Source: Chara braunii
Lineage: Eukaryota > Plantae > Charophyceae
Direction: 5' to 3'
DNA: 64,000 nt
NCBI GenBank assembly: GCA_003427395.1
Contig: BFEA01000016.1
Span: 3,280,739 to 3,344,738, forward strand
A program made the position numbers and the translations under genes. Positions 12,044-25,662 of the stretch are shown piece after piece. The notes under the pieces were generated by a model, which was not told the DNA's origin, searched no databases, and saw nothing but the letters and a program-made list of their open reading frames with translations. Positions within the stretch are counted from its first letter, which is position 1; each line of letters opens with the position of its first letter.

Positions 12044-12266
12044 ATAATCCCAGTAGAGACTCTGGAGAAGGGTGTTTTGGACTTCTGCGCAGAGCGTTTT
12101 CGACCCACAAGGTATAAGAACTCTGGCAACAGAGGATGAATGACTTGTTGAAAAAGCACAGTGTGGTCGGAGCACTGGGAACAATAGGATTAAGCTGTGA
12201 GATGTAACGATCCAAGAATTCAGAGGCCGTGCATTGGGAATCAATCTGTCCATTGCGAACCTTTAG
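12044..12266 (+). pseudogene. VPS13: Frame-disrupted VPS13-like exon
   Basis: After cag: IIPVETLEKGVLDFCAE (VPS13 xxLGxGVxDFFxEP), TGA at 12137, then LLKKHSVVGALGT in another frame; 3' boundary uncertain (weak donor). Confidence 0.45.
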
Positions 12267-12607
12267 GTGTCCTATGCACACATCAGGAAAACTGTTGAGG
12301 AGAGGGATTCAAAAAACTTAGAACTGTTTCCTGTGATTAAAAGCTTGTAATAAAATTAAAATTTTGAAAATAGGAACCGTTGGATGTGATTCTTCGGTAC
12401 ATCTACTCTGATGAGCCAGTCGAAGCCTTTGCGAGGGCAGATGCCATCACTTCACAGGACCACTTGCATCGTGATCCAGTCCAGTTCATTCATGTCAAGT
12501 TTTGAACTTTCGACCCACTCTCTGAGATGCAGTTGAACAGGGAGTTGATAAACATGAGGTTTAGGTGCAGGCAGGACTTGTTTTTTGCAAGCCTACGTTT
12601 TTTATGG

Positions 12608-13964
12608 TGTTACGATCCTGGCCAATTTCAAAGTACAAATTCACGAGAAAGCACAGTGCCGTCCAATTGCAAAAAGAAATTAATTAAGTTCAATTAACTT
12701 GAGAGGAGAGAGAGGGAAAGAAGAAGAAGAAGAAGAAGAAGAAGAAGAAGAAGAAGAAGAAGAAGAAGAAGAAGAAAGAAGAAGAAGATGTACACCAGCA
12801 AAGACCAATGATAATCCCCCTTCTCCTCACCAACCAAACTCCTCCTCTTTTTCTCATCCCCTCTTATTCAAACAATAAATAATAATAATAATGATGGATG
12901 GTAGAACGGTAGAACCAGAATCAATGTCCGATCCCTCTTCTACTGCCAGCACAACTTGAGGTCCACCATAGTCATGGCCTCCCTTCTCCTTCCTCTTAAT
13001 GTTGGCCGAGGCTATGGCAGACTACTAGGGCCTTGCTCTGATGTGCAAAAGACAACGCAAAGCAGCTATGGCCACTTCCACTCAGGCCGCCATGCCTGCC
13101 TCTGCCTCGAAGCTTCTTGATGCAGCTCTACCCCAACGGTGGTCTTCCAGATGCAGCTCCTACCAAAGTGATGAAGATGGCATCCACCATAGCCAGGTAA
13201 GTACCCCTGCCGCTCCCCTCTCCTAGTCCCCTCTTCCTCCACCTCCTGCCCGAGCTCCTCCACCACAGCCAAGGTGGAGAGCTGGGCACCCCTTCTTCCC
13301 CAGCAGCGCTGCTCCACCACGCGCTCCACCGGCGTGTTGCCCAAACTTGCATGCAGCAAATGAGGAGGATCTCTTTTCTGCTCCTGGAGATATAGCGGCC
13401 AACTTGCCTCTTGGGCGGTGACTTCCAGACCGCGCGGCCTCCAAGCAATCGGTACCTCCTCCCTTTCAGAGGGAAACATCATTGCAGACTCTGATATCCC
13501 CTGTACAGGCCCTAGACTCATACTGCTTGGACTGGTACCCTCCTAGACCTAGCCTACAACTACTGGGCCTCTAAAAATGCCAACTTTTTGTCTTGTTCTG
13601 CTCGGCCTCCAGTCCCTGACACATCTACCGCTACTTGAGTGGTACCGACCTACCTGCTACTTGGGTGTTTTTCCTGCTGCTCTAAGTGTAGCAGGCCTAC
13701 TCCCGCCACTCAGTGTTTTCCCCGCTGCAACCCTCAAAGTCACGGCCACAGGTAAGTGCCGGCCTCCACACGAACAAGTGCCCTTGCGGGTCACACACAC
13801 ACTCAGACCAACCAGCACTCAGACAGGCATGCAGACCAGCAAGCACGCACACACACACACAGACTTAGAAAACTCAGCAGAAAGCGGGAATCTCAACAAG
13901 GCATTCATTCTAGTGGCGAAACTCAGAAATCAGCTCTCAGTCCGTGTTTTGGCAGGTCCTTACA
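12608..13964 (-). mobile_element. Solo LTR
   Basis: Termini TGTTACGATCC...GGTCCTTACA (TG...CA, imperfect inverted ends); 4-bp TSD ATGG at 12604-12607 and 13965-13968; homologous to 9338-10520. Confidence 0.7.
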
Positions 13965-14393
13965 ATGGTGTAGAAAGCTTGAAGAGTTTCTCTGCAAGTT
14001 GGAGTACAGCATATAATTATAGCATTTGATTTTGAGGATTGCACACTTGTACTTGTTTATTGATTAAGCAAATTTCACTGAAAGGCACAAAGTCAATCTT
14101 GCTGGAATGTGGATCTATATCAACTAAGATTCCAGTCTCCTCCCCCGGACACCAGTCCCTGCCAGTCTCCTCCCCTGGTCAAATGCAGCATGTGCTACTT
14201 AACCATTACCTGCAATTCCACTGGTTCTATATCTACTCAGCTGTTTGTGCACGCCGTGTGCTTCTCTATCTTCCTCCAGTCCCTATTTCCACATTGTTAT
14301 GATTGGTCGATTTTGTCAACGGTTCTTCAGTTGCCTGGATGTTTCTGATTGGGTGTTTTCTCTGCCGTTTACACCAACTGAATCGCATTGCAG

Positions 14394-14448
14394 CTTTCAT
14401 TCACGCAGTGGCACAACAGCTCAAGAAACCTTGATACGAGGAGCACAG
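14394..14448 (+). CDS. VPS13: VPS13-family small exon
   Basis: cag|...cag|gtgaga; FHSRSGTTAQETLIRGAQ joins in phase 0 to DFGAALYEG of the next exon. Confidence 0.6.
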
Positions 14449-14598
14449 GTGAGAGAGAGTTTGGATTGGTTCGTCTAACAGTAATCATTCTTTCACATGA
14501 TAAATTTCGTGGTCATTATAGCCACATATGATCGGTATGATCGTACATTCAGTCATTGCATGAAAAGCCTGATGTTCATCATGGTGATGGTGCTTTTA

Positions 14599-14715
14599 AG
14601 GCCTAGCTCAGTTGGTACGCCCATGAACTGATGAAAATTACCTGGGGTTGGTCAGTTCAAGGACAACATCTCAAGGCCGTCGCCCTTTTTAAAGAAAGAG
14701 CAAAAAGAAAAAAGG
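14599..14715 (+). mobile_element. Internally deleted tRNA-derived SINE (same family as 11014-11285)
   Basis: GCCTAGCTCAGTTGGTACGCCCATGAACTG head and ATCTCAAGGCCGTCGCCCTTT plus A-rich tail. Confidence 0.7.
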
Positions 14716-15925
14716 ATGCTCAAGGGCACCTCGTGCTTGTCAGAAAAGAGTTTCATGATTATCATCATGGCTGTCCGTTACATGATGTAAAGCAAGTTTA
14801 TTGATACCTCGCCCACCCGTCATCATCATCACATGACTATTGTGATGGTCATACTATTGATTACCACTCAAAGAGTCTCATGATCATCATTTTTTATTTA
14901 TTTATTTTTTTTTCCAAAGACAGAACCATTGGTTCTGGCTCCTACCATTCTGGGGAGCGACAGTCCGGTTCCTATTCCCCCGGCAAGTCAATATGGAAAA
15001 CATGGATGACTCACGCACGCTCCTCCCCATTATGGTTGGGAGGTCCGAGTGGACGGCATTGATTACTTCCCTGAGGAAGGATATACCACCCCTCACCCCT
15101 GCCTATTTTAGCCTGTGCTATTTGATCTGTCTGGCTGTTGCCCATCTGTCTGGACCCAGTCCTGCTCCTCTCAGTTGTGATGCTGTCGGGTTGTCGTGTT
15201 ATGCTAGAGCGGTCTGGAATGTCTGCGAACCTCTTGAAATCCCTGACGTCCTAGTCCCTATNAGCCTTNTTCCTTTCTAACCTATAAAACTGAAACTCTC
15301 ATGCTAAAACCCTGGACCCTTGNTGTCTGTAGTGCCTTTTTGTGGTCTGTCCCTGCCTGGATTTTCTGTGTTTAAGCTGCTGTTTATGCCTATGGTTNCT
15401 TGGTGGGGTAGTTGGGGTGGGGGGGGCGGTGACTGAGGGGGTCTGTGCAGAGGTGAAGGTTTTGGGATTCTGGGTCTATGGGCTTGGGGTTATGGGATTG
15501 GGGCGGGGGGGCGAGGGTATTTACTTCCATCAGGAAGGATGTNCTCCCCTTCACCCCTGCCTAAGTTAGCCTGCTCTACTTGTCTCCTGTGTTTTGCTAA
15601 CCTGGCGATCATTTTATCCTTTTTTTTCTGGGTTAATCTGTTGCTGTTAGTGAGAATTTTGTCTGTTCAGGGTTGGAGACTTTCAGTAGCCTGTTGGTAT
15701 CGTGATAGCGGTCAGGTCCAGTTATTAGTTTTTCTGCTGTCTTTTCTTCTGTTCCTGGATTCGATTGGGATGGGACCTGAATGGAATTTGTATTCTTCTT
15801 GGGTAGAAAGNNCGTGAACGGCTGATTAGATGTGTATGTCGGGGTTGTTATTTAGACTGTGGTGGTGTTGGTCTTCCGGTAGCGGTGTGGGTGTGAGAGA
15901 TTGACTTGATAGGATGAGCCAGTCC

Positions 15926-18900
15926 TTAAAGACCAGGCTGTTTTTTTTCTATTGTTCCTATTGTTCCTCCTCCTAGTTTTCCTGTCGTAAATCTTTTGAT
16001 AATCTCGAGTTTTTTGTCTGGGGTGTTTTGTATTCTTGCCTGTGTTTTTTTCCAGAGGGCGTTGAGTTCGGTTTCTATAAGTTGTTTGATAGTGGTTAGG
16101 GGGTTTTCATGGTTAGTGGGGTGGTCATCGAAGGTCAGGTCACATCTCCTTTTCCAGATTGCCCACAGTGAGGTTTTTCTAATTAGTGAGAAGAAGAATA
16201 GGTCGAAGCCTTTAAATTCTGGGGATTGTTTTATATCTAGATAAAGAGTTNCCGGATTGATTTGTACTTCTTTATTTGAGTGTTTGGCCCATGTTTGTTC
16301 TAGGTCCTTCCATAGGATTTGGGTTTTCTCACATTCTATGAAACAGTGATTGAGTGTTTCTGCGTTTTGTGAATTGCAGACTTTGCACCATGACTCCTGT
16401 TCTGATCTGTCTTCTTTCTTGCGTCTTTGTGATAGCCATTGGTTCACGGGGACAGCTCTATAGGTAATGAGCCAGAATAGGCTGGCCAGTTTTACCGNTC
16501 TCATGCAGAATATTGAATTCCAGGAGGGTTTGAAGTTCGCGTTGGCGAGTGTGATTTCTTCCTTTTGCCATCTTTTCAGTACTATTTCTGACGTAGAGGT
16601 GGGAGTGGAAAACAGCTTGTAGCCCAGCNTAGGGGAGTAATCAGNTATTTTGTATCTGCGTGCTGTCGTGTGGGGGGCTTTGGAAGTACTCCAAGTCCAT
16701 TCAGTAGGGTCTACTTCTAGGTGGCGGATATCTGTATCTGGCCTGAATACTCTATTTTGGTCCCCTTCTATTACTCTTATCCTTCNTAGTTGGTTCATTT
16801 TGAAGGAAGCCTCAGCTCTGCTTTCCTTATTGATGATGCTCACCGGATTGGTTGGTTCCTCTAGGGGGTAGATGCTGCACATGATCCATTCATTGTTGTG
16901 TGGTTCGCTGTTTGTGACCTTAAGGATTTCTGTTNTATTGGCCTGGTTCNTCTGACTAGCCCAATCCCNGGATATCCATTTTTGTTCAGTTTTAAGTAAG
17001 NGTNTCCATTCTATTGGGATGCTTTCTATAATGGTTAGAAGATTGTCTTTTAGGTTGTGGTTCCCTTTTAGGATGGTTCTGAGGGTTTTAACTTCTTTCC
17101 AATTATTTGTTGAGTCGTTCCACAAATGTTGGATTTGCCATATACCTTTTTCTAGCCAGTGGCCCCATTTGACGTCTGCTTTAGAGAGAGAGATACTTAC
17201 TCCTTTGTCGTCCTTGATCCAGGGGTTGCCAAAAATGGGTTGTCTTAGAACTNCATCTTTTCTTTTTGGGCCTAGTCTGTTTTCTGGGAAGATTTTTCTC
17301 CAGGTGTGCNGTAGTAGTTCCCAGAAAGATTTGGAGGGTTCCTTGTCTGTTCCTTCGTCTGGAATTAACTGGGGATTGGGGGAGTTGGACATTCTTGGAA
17401 GAGGCCATTGTTTATTAAAAATCCAGAACAGGCCGGACATGTTAGGAGGGGATTTGAAGGGTGTCAGGCTCATGATGTGATTGAGCGCTAAGGGTGTCCA
17501 TTGCAGATTACTCTGGAGGGTCAGCCTTAGAATCCATTTGATTTGTAAGGCTTGGATTTGGCGTGTTGGATCTAAAAGGCCTAAACCTCCCTTTTCTTTG
17601 GGTAAAGTGACTATCTGCCATGCTACCTTCTAGATGAAGTGTTGCTTGTCTGGGTTTCCTGTCCATAGATATGCGGCTGCTCTTTTCCTGATTTGTTATT
17701 GGAAATCTGGGGAAGGAAACCAAATGGAGGTAGTCTACCACATCATGGCTAAAACCGAGTTATTCAAGGCTAGAACCCTGCCTAATAAGGATGTGTGAGA
17801 CCGTTGCCATCTGTGTAATTTGTTGATCATCGCTGATAGTAGTGTGGCAGCAGAGGAAGGGTGACAACCATTTATATTGATCTGGATTCCTAGGAAGCGG
17901 ATTGGGAGTGTTGGATCAGTCCATTGCATGCCCACAGGTGTGATTTCCGAGGGAGGGGGTGAGTTTGGGAGCCACCATCCTATTGTTTTTGGCCAATTTA
18001 TCTTCATTTCAGATGCTAGTTGGAAAGCCTGCATTGCTCTTGTCAGTGCTTGGAAGGATGAGTTGGTTGCTCTGATTAGGACGGTGAGGGCATCCGCGAA
18101 TAGTAGGGTGGTTGGGAAGTGAAGAGGGCGGCCATTTCCATCCTTCAGATCTTCTAATCTTTCAATTGAGGTGTCCTTTCTAAGGAAGGCTGCTATGGCC
18201 TCCATTACAAAAAGAAATATTGGGGCCGCTAGTGGATCACCCTGTCTTACTGGCCATGTCATTTTGTACGGATTAGATAAGAAGCCGTTTACTTGCACTG
18301 TCCCTTGAGCGTCGTTGTATAATATTCTTACCCATTTGCGGAAGTTTGGTCCTACCCCCATTTTTTCCATGCAGATTTGAAGGAAGTCCCAGTCAACCTG
18401 ATCGTATGCTTTCTCGAAATCGAAGAACAGTATGGCTGCTACTATTTTTTTTTGTTTTATTAGTCTGATGGATTCGTTTAGTGTCATGACGTTGTCCAAC
18501 ATTAGTCTTCCAGGGATGAATCCTGTTTGGTCAAGATGAAAGCATTTTCCTGTGATTCGGTTGATTCTTGTAGCAAGCAGTTTAGCTAGTATTTTGTATG
18601 ATACGTTGAGAAGTGAGATGGGTCGGTAATTCCTGATATTTTCCTTATCTCCTTTAATTCCTGATATTTTCCTTATCTCCTTTCTTATAGAGAAGTGTTA
18701 CTACTCCTGTACTTAGGTCTAGTCCTAGGGATTCTTTTGACCATGCTTTGTTTAGAAATTGTAGGAATAGGGGTCCTAAGGTGTGCCAGCTTGCAAGCCA
18801 GAATTCTTTGGATAGACCATCTCTTCCTGGGGCTTTGTTGGGTTTCATGTCCTTCAGAGCTTGGTGAAGTTCATCTAAGGTGATGGGTTCTTCTAGAATG

Positions 18901-20417
18901 TTTGTTGTTTCTTTAGATAGGGAGTGGTCCAAGTGAGATAAGAATTTGTTCCTGGCGTTTGTGACTTCGTTGAGTGTTCCCGTCGGGATTTTACTGGAAT
19001 ACAAGTCTTTATAGAAATTGGCTGCTATGTTGATGAGTTGAGTGGTTTCTGAGGTGGGGTTTCCGTTCGTGTCTTTGAGTCTTTCTACCTTGGCGTTTCT
19101 TGAGTTGGATTTGATTTTTTGGAAAAAGTGTTTGGTCATTTTTTCGTTCAAATCCCAGTCTTTAACTCTAGCTCTTAATTGCAGGCCTCTGAGTTTCAAT
19201 TTAGTCCACTCGTTTAATTCCTCTTTTGATTTGGAGTAGAGTTCTGTATAGAAAGTTGAGTTGGTGTTACGCCTTAGATTGAGTTCAGCTATGTCTATAG
19301 CATTTCTCAGCGATTCTTCCCTCTCTTTTCTTTGCGAGGCCAGTCTTCTTGATATCTGGGCTACTTTTGAGCTGATAAAGTTGATGATCTTCGGGAACTG
19401 GGTATGGATGTCCTCATCTTCCGCCATTTGTCTAGAGCGGGCTAATATGCTCTTTAGTTCAGTTTGGAATGCTTGGCTAGTTAGTAGAGCGTTGTTGAAG
19501 CGGTAGAAACTTTTTCCCAAGTATCCTACTTTGGGAAAACGGAGATTAGAGTGATGGGCTTGTGGTCGAACCCAATGTGGTAAGGCGTTCTTTCTCTTTT
19601 GCTATCTTGGATGGTTCCGGTTAGGGATTCAGAGATAAGGAAGAAATCTATTCTAGAAAATGAGGTTCTATTGTGGGAGGTTTTCCTAACGCAAGAGAAG
19701 TGTTTTTCATCTGGGTGTAATAGACGGAAAGGGTCTAATAGATTATTACTTGTGATGAAGTTTAGTAACTATGTTATTTGATTGTTGAGAAGGGTCAGAT
19801 GAATTTGAGATTCTATCTAGTGAAATATCTTGCACGGAGTTCCAATCTCCCATTAGGATTGTGTGAGTATGGGAGGGGATTAGATTCTCAATATCGTGTA
19901 GAAAGGGTTTTTTTTCCTGTGGGGAATTGGGTCCGTAAATGCCTAGTAAAGCTAACTGTTCTTCCTTGTGTTTGATATCTACTCTAATCCATCTGCCTGT
20001 TCTAGGGTCCTGCCAATTGTTAAGGATTTGAATGTCGTTGCTTGCCTTTGAATTCTGATGAGTGAGGATTACAATACCCGCTGATCCGGTTTGTGTGGCG
20101 TTGGTCCAAAATGTTGTCTTAACATGTCTCAACTTTCTTTCAATTGCTNTTTTGATTTNTTGGTGTTCCTCGCTGTCTGATAGATGTGTCTCTTGTAAGC
20201 AGGTGATATCTAGGGGGTTAGCCCCAAACCACCCTATGTCCTCTGTTAAGTTCCTCCATTTGATCGGATTGTCCAAGATGGAGGCGANACCNTTTATATT
20301 CCATGAGGTGCATGTGAGTTNTGGTTGCTTTCTTATTTCTCTGAGAATGTCTTTTTCCGTAGTTGGTTTGAATCTCTTAGGACTGTTGTTTGTCCCTTCC
20401 TCTAGTGTGACCTCCAT
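15926..20417 (-). pseudogene. LINE ORF2: APE endonuclease - reverse transcriptase - C-terminal zinc finger (frameshifted)
   Basis: WNIxG, CLQETH, GIYGPN, GDWNS (APE); KAPGRDG, DFEKAYD, VRQGDPLA, FADA (RT, FADD mutated); CKVC...HCFIEC; a 28-bp tandem duplication at 18627-18682 breaks the frame. Confidence 0.92.
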
Positions 20418-20430
20418 ACTGTTTGATTGG

Positions 20431-22984
20431 TTACCTTAGAGGAGGGACAATAAATTTCTTAGGTGGAGGTTTGCTGCTTTCTTTTCTCCTCCCTTCTTGC
20501 CCTTTCCTCTGTGATCTTATCAATCGCTTCTTCCTTGCTCTTGCCCAACCATTCCTCTCTAATGAATGCGGCAACGCTGTGGGCAATTTTGTCGACTTCA
20601 TCGCTGTGGCCCAGCCAGAGAGTGGGGGATCTCGCAGATCAATTCTCATGGTTTCCATTCCAAACCTTCCCTTAACTCGGTGAGATAGTCTTAGATGACC
20701 ATGTAGGGTCGCATGTCTCTGCTTTCTTCCCTTCCCTTCTCACCTTCCCACTTCACTTCCAGACTCTCGTCACGGCCCGCTCTGCAAAAGGCCTGGGGGC
20801 GCTGGTTCGAGATGTTTGTCCTCAGGATTTTGCCCGCTTGGGACAAGTCTTGGGATGTGACAATGGACAGATTGCTTCGGACTGCGATTTGCCATTCCTC
20901 CTTCCCTGAGTCAAAGCGAAAAGGCAAGATTGGAATTGTTAGGGAGAGAGTGCGTGCGTCCAAATTTGTTTGGGTTGAAAGGTCCATGGGGTTCTCATCA
21001 GCAAGCTTGTTGAGCGAATGAGAGACTTCCCCTAATTCTTGATTCTGATCCTCCAGGAATCTTGTTTGCCTTTCCAGAATTGCTATTTGCCTTCTCATTT
21101 CTTTCTCCCGATTTTTTTCCTGCCAAATAAGGTCGTTGGCTAGAGATATCATTCTCCCTTCAGTTTCCTTTTGTTCGCTCTGGATCTCATCTTTCCCTTT
21201 GTTCTCAGCTGTGCACTCCATGGTATCTTGTAGGTAGGACTCGGGCCAGACCACTGCTTGGGTTGCCGTGTCCTGCTTGGGTATTTTCGGTACCCTCCTC
21301 TTGTTTGTCCATGTATTGCTGTTCCAAAAACTCAGAAAAATCAACCTTTGTTTGCAAAGTCTCAAATGGATTTGGTGAAGTTGGGATTCTGATTGGGTTG
21401 TCTGTTGTAGCAGTCTTTTTGAGGCTGCTTATATGCCTGGCATGGGCTAACCGGATCTCCAGGTCGAGCTCTCTGCGTGATTTGAGAGATTCGAGGTATT
21501 TCACAAGCCATTCAAGAGTGCTTGCTGTGTCTTCTTCCTCTGCAGAGTCGTGATCTCCCTCTGTTCTCGTTCCGGTTGGAGTCGTGTCCAGTTGCATTTC
21601 ATTTCCTCCTTCCTCTCTGCTTTTCTTTGAGTCGTGTATTGTTTCTGAATCCTTGTTCTCATCTTCCTCATTCCTGGATTTCCTTTTCATTTGCCTTGAT
21701 TCTCCCCTCCTCTCTTTGTTTTTGCTCCTCTTCTATTTCGGTTCTCGACAGCAGGTTTTCCAGGTAGGCTTTTTCAGCTTCCTTTCCCATGCCATGAACT
21801 TCACTGAGGATTCGATTCTTGTGCATTGTCTGTTCCATGTGGGAGGCGTTGCCCAGTGTCAGCCTTTCGTACTTGTGGGTGGATCTGTCGTTCCTTCTTC
21901 CCCCTCCTGTTTGCCATCGGCTTCCGTGTGGAGGGAAAACGTCAGGCTTGCTGGCTGGTTNCGGTTNCGCCAGGGTCNAGATCCACGCTGGGGTGTCTCT
22001 GANATCNTCAAAGACCCAGCCTGCGTAGGCTGGGTCGTTTATTATCCAGATCCCCTTCATCGAATCTGCTTCCATGAGCATGGAGGGGTTAAGCCTCCTT
22101 CCCTCCCCCTTTCTAGTGTTCTGTGGGCAGAGGGGATCGTTTCCCATGTGTNCTTTAATCCTGCATNTGAAGCACATGGGATTTGATTTCGTGGAGATAT
22201 ACACTGTTCGTACTTCGTGCCCCACCTTGAAAAACCATTTCTCAGGGAGTTCGGGCGGATTGCTGATTTTGAGTTCGACACACGCGATTCTGGAGTTGGC
22301 ACTGGGAGTGAGGAAACCTGGTGCTGATGATACCCATTCCACTAGTGGACATTGGGGATAGGCTTCCTTCAGTCTTTCCTCTACTAGTCCGTGTAGGCCA
22401 TCTGTCAGGTTGTCAAATTGTATCCAGTAATGTTTGCTCATCAGGGACTGTCCGTGCCTTGAAGATCCTTGCATCGCGGATCTGTTTGGCCGCCATTTGG
22501 AGATTGAGACTACTGAACCTTCACAGTACAGGGCTTGGACTGAGAGAAGGAAGGCTGAGAAATCCGTATCAGCGCACAGAATGGTGACTGCGTTCCTGCC
22601 TCTCTGTTGGTACGCAACTTTGGGTTCTATGTCCCTCAGATTTTCCAGATTTCTGAGTGATTCGTGTATTCTTCTTCTTTTTTCGGTTGGGGACAAATGC
22701 TTCAATTTGGCCGGGAAAGAGCAGACTACCGCGTGAGATTCGTAGAATTCATCTAAGACCGGAAGATGATCCTTAGGATATTCCCAAACCTCCACTTCGA
22801 TCTCTTCGTCACCTTCCTTCATCAGTGTGGTGGAGATGACTGGGGTGACTCTTGTCTCCTTAACCATCAAGTTTAGTACTTCCTGGCTTGGGTCTTGCTC
22901 GTTTTGTCTGGGAAGCTTCTCCCTTCTGTTTGCAGTGCTTGACGCTGAGGAAGTCGCTGGGGCTGGGGAGTGTGTGGATGCCAT
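20431..22984 (-). pseudogene. LINE ORF1 (RRM/DUF4283-like, CCHC knuckle, long charged C-terminal extension), frameshifted
   Basis: 438-aa ORF with CFxCRIKxHMGNDPLC knuckle; overlapping minus-strand ORFs 21205-21690 and 20691-21365 continue toward the ORF2 start. Confidence 0.75.
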
Positions 22985-25662
22985 GGTGGGCGAGCTTGTA
23001 AAGGGCTGGGGGCTGAAGACGGCGTGCTGGCGAGGGAATTTGGTTCCAGGCCGGGGGTGACGAGGAACTGAGTAGAGCCTGGAAGTAGTTAATTCCTCAG
23101 TGGGGGAAAACAGAGCTTGGTTCCTTTCTGGTGGAGAGAAAAAATTTGGCAGCGGTTTGCCTCCCTCCCCGGGAGATGGGAAGCAGTTGCAGCGAAAATC
23201 TAGCCTTATCCTTGTGACTGAGCGGGGCGAAGAGACAAGAGGCGATGTGCGAGCTGCAATGGTAGAGTTACCTTTCAGATGAACGAATTACCCGTTCGAG
23301 GTGTCAGCTAAAATTCTGAAGGAATTACCAGATCGAGATGTCGGCTAAAATTCCAGCTTCTGCTCTTGAGATAGAGTTGGACTAGGCGACAGAAGGAGAT
23401 GTGAGATTTGCAGATGCACTGTGTTCGACGATAGCGGAAAGTACTTGAGCGCTCCTTTTTTTGGAGCTTTCAGTGTGAAGCCAGGGAACACTGGACCGTG
23501 ATGGAAAAGTAGTAGTAATAATGTGAAAGCACTCAATACGGTTAATAAGGTCAATAATGAATGTTGATATTGAAAGAATTTGTAATAATGATAAACTAAA
23601 TACAAATAAAATTTATGATAATAGATTAATATTGATTCTTAAATTAAATTCAATAATAACAATTTTTGTTAAAATATTCCAGTTCTTTAATAGTAGGTTA
23701 ATAAGTCTTTATGAGCCGCGACATTCCTCTCTCTAGTAAAGGTATCGTCTCAGTAATGGTTTATGATAATAAAACTTGAATATTAATTTTAGAGATGGGG
23801 CATTAAGCAGTGGGGTCGTAATCTGTGGGAGGTGCTGGTATTGGGTAGGCAGGGTGGGAGTGGGGAGCGCGAGGAGATTGGTGATGGGGTTGGATGGGGG
23901 GAGGGTTGAAAGTTGCCGGGGGGCTTGATAGTGTGTGGGTGGTGTGTAGGTAACGCTTGGAGATTGAGGAGGAGGGGCGCTGGGGTGGTTGAAGGGAGGG
24001 CAGGTGAATCAGAGGGGAGGGCGTAAGAAGGGGGTTGTGGGGCTAGGTTGAGAGTCGGTGAGAGGGGATGGGGTAGGGANNNNNNNNNNNNNNNNNNNNN
24101 NNNNNNNNNNNNNNNNNNNNNNNNNNNNNNNNNNNNNNNNNNNNNNNNNNNNNNNNNNNNNNNNNNNNNNNNNNNNNNNNNNNNNNNNNNNNNNNNNNNN
24201 NNNNNNNNNNNNNNNNNNNNNNNNNNNNNNNNNNNNNNGTGGGGGTGGGGGGGGGGGTTCGGGGTGAGATCTTAGTTCTTATGGTAATTGGGTTTTGAGG
24301 GGTGTGGTTGGTGGCGGATCGAGTATTGGGAGCGGTAGTCGTTGGGAGTATGTGCGCGAAGCGTGTAGGTCGGTGTTGGAGAGTGGATCTATGGAAGTAG
24401 TGTGTGAGGTTNGATGTATTAGGACGGGGGCTGGCGGTCTGGGAGGGGAGGGGTATGCGAATCCTATTATTACCGTATAGCTTGGCTACTGTCTGAAGTT
24501 GCGTGCCTACTTTCTAAATCTCGTGTTCGAAGTGCATCGTAATAATTATTGTAATAATAATATTTGTCCTTGGTGTGAGTCGTATCTGTTGTGCGTGTCG
24601 TAAATCNTGGCTGTAGATTTTCTACTTTTCCTATTCCGTGTATGGTCGACAACTCATGATGATAGCTTGAATCTCTTTGTTGTCGTTTTTTCCTTGTGTC
24701 GATTTCGCTGCTCCGTTCATGTGCATTTCGCCTTGCGCTGGTGCTGTCACTCGATCTCGTAAGTTGGATGACGAGTTCTCACCTTTGTTGTTGGGGAGGG
24801 CCGTTCTGACCTTCCGTTGTGAATGATGGCTCGCCTCTCCGTAGTGTCGGCCGTTCTTCAAAGTTCTCCCTTCCTCTTCTCTCTTGTTTTCCTTCTTGTG
24901 TCGTGGCTTTCACATCTCTTTCTCGTTTATCTCCTCCTTTTGGTATGTCTTCTCCTTCCACTTCTCCTCTTCCCTTCTTCACACTCTGTCTCTTCCTTAC
25001 TTTAGGGATACAACCTCCTCCCGTTTTCACACTCTGTCGCTTCCTTACACTGCTGTTGTCCTTTCCTAAACTTAGCTGCACCCCGTTTCTCTTGATGCTC
25101 TCGTAGACCTCGTTGCCCCTCCCTTCCTTCCTGTTCCTCCCCCTTCTTTTCCCGTCTCTTCCCGTCGTTTCCTGTCGTTTGCTAGATTGCGAGTAGTCTC
25201 CCGCCTCCCTCGTTGTTTTTTTATTCTCCTCTTTTGCTGGAGCTTCCCGTGAGTTCGCGTTCCTCGTCGGGTAGTGACTTCCTTTGGGGGATCTTGTCTT
25301 TCGCAATGATGGTGATGGTGTTCTTGCGCGTCCTTGCTCGCGTTCGCGACTACACTCTTCCTGAGTTCGAAAACTCGGTTTCCCGCTCGGTGGGGGGTGG
25401 ACCCCGTCGCGGGGCGTCGTGTCGAATCGAGTATCGGGCGCAAAAAAAATTCGCTGCGTTAGCGCTAACCTGGGGCGCTAGCGCGAAAAAGTCTCATGAT
25501 CATCATAGTCATGGACCATGCTCTTCTTTTCATACAAAGTGTTCTATGATCATGGTAAAAGGGCCGGTTCAGAGAGGTGGTACAGGGCGAAGAGAGAGAC
25601 TTGACCATCTCTCTTGACAACTTGGCACAACAACAGGACTGGGCGAATCTGAGGGAGATAAA

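Larger units (their letters stand above)
14891..25489 (-). mobile_element. Full-length L1-clade LINE (10.6 kb) in a VPS13 intron
   Basis: Exact 17-bp TSD AGTCTCATGATCATCAT at 14874-14890 and 25490-25506; A-rich 3' tail at 14891-14913; ORF1 and ORF2 present. Confidence 0.88.

Noticed and set aside
12408-12430. CTGATGAG...CGAAG as a hammerhead
   Set aside because: No stem II, GAAG instead of GAAA, and no flanking stems
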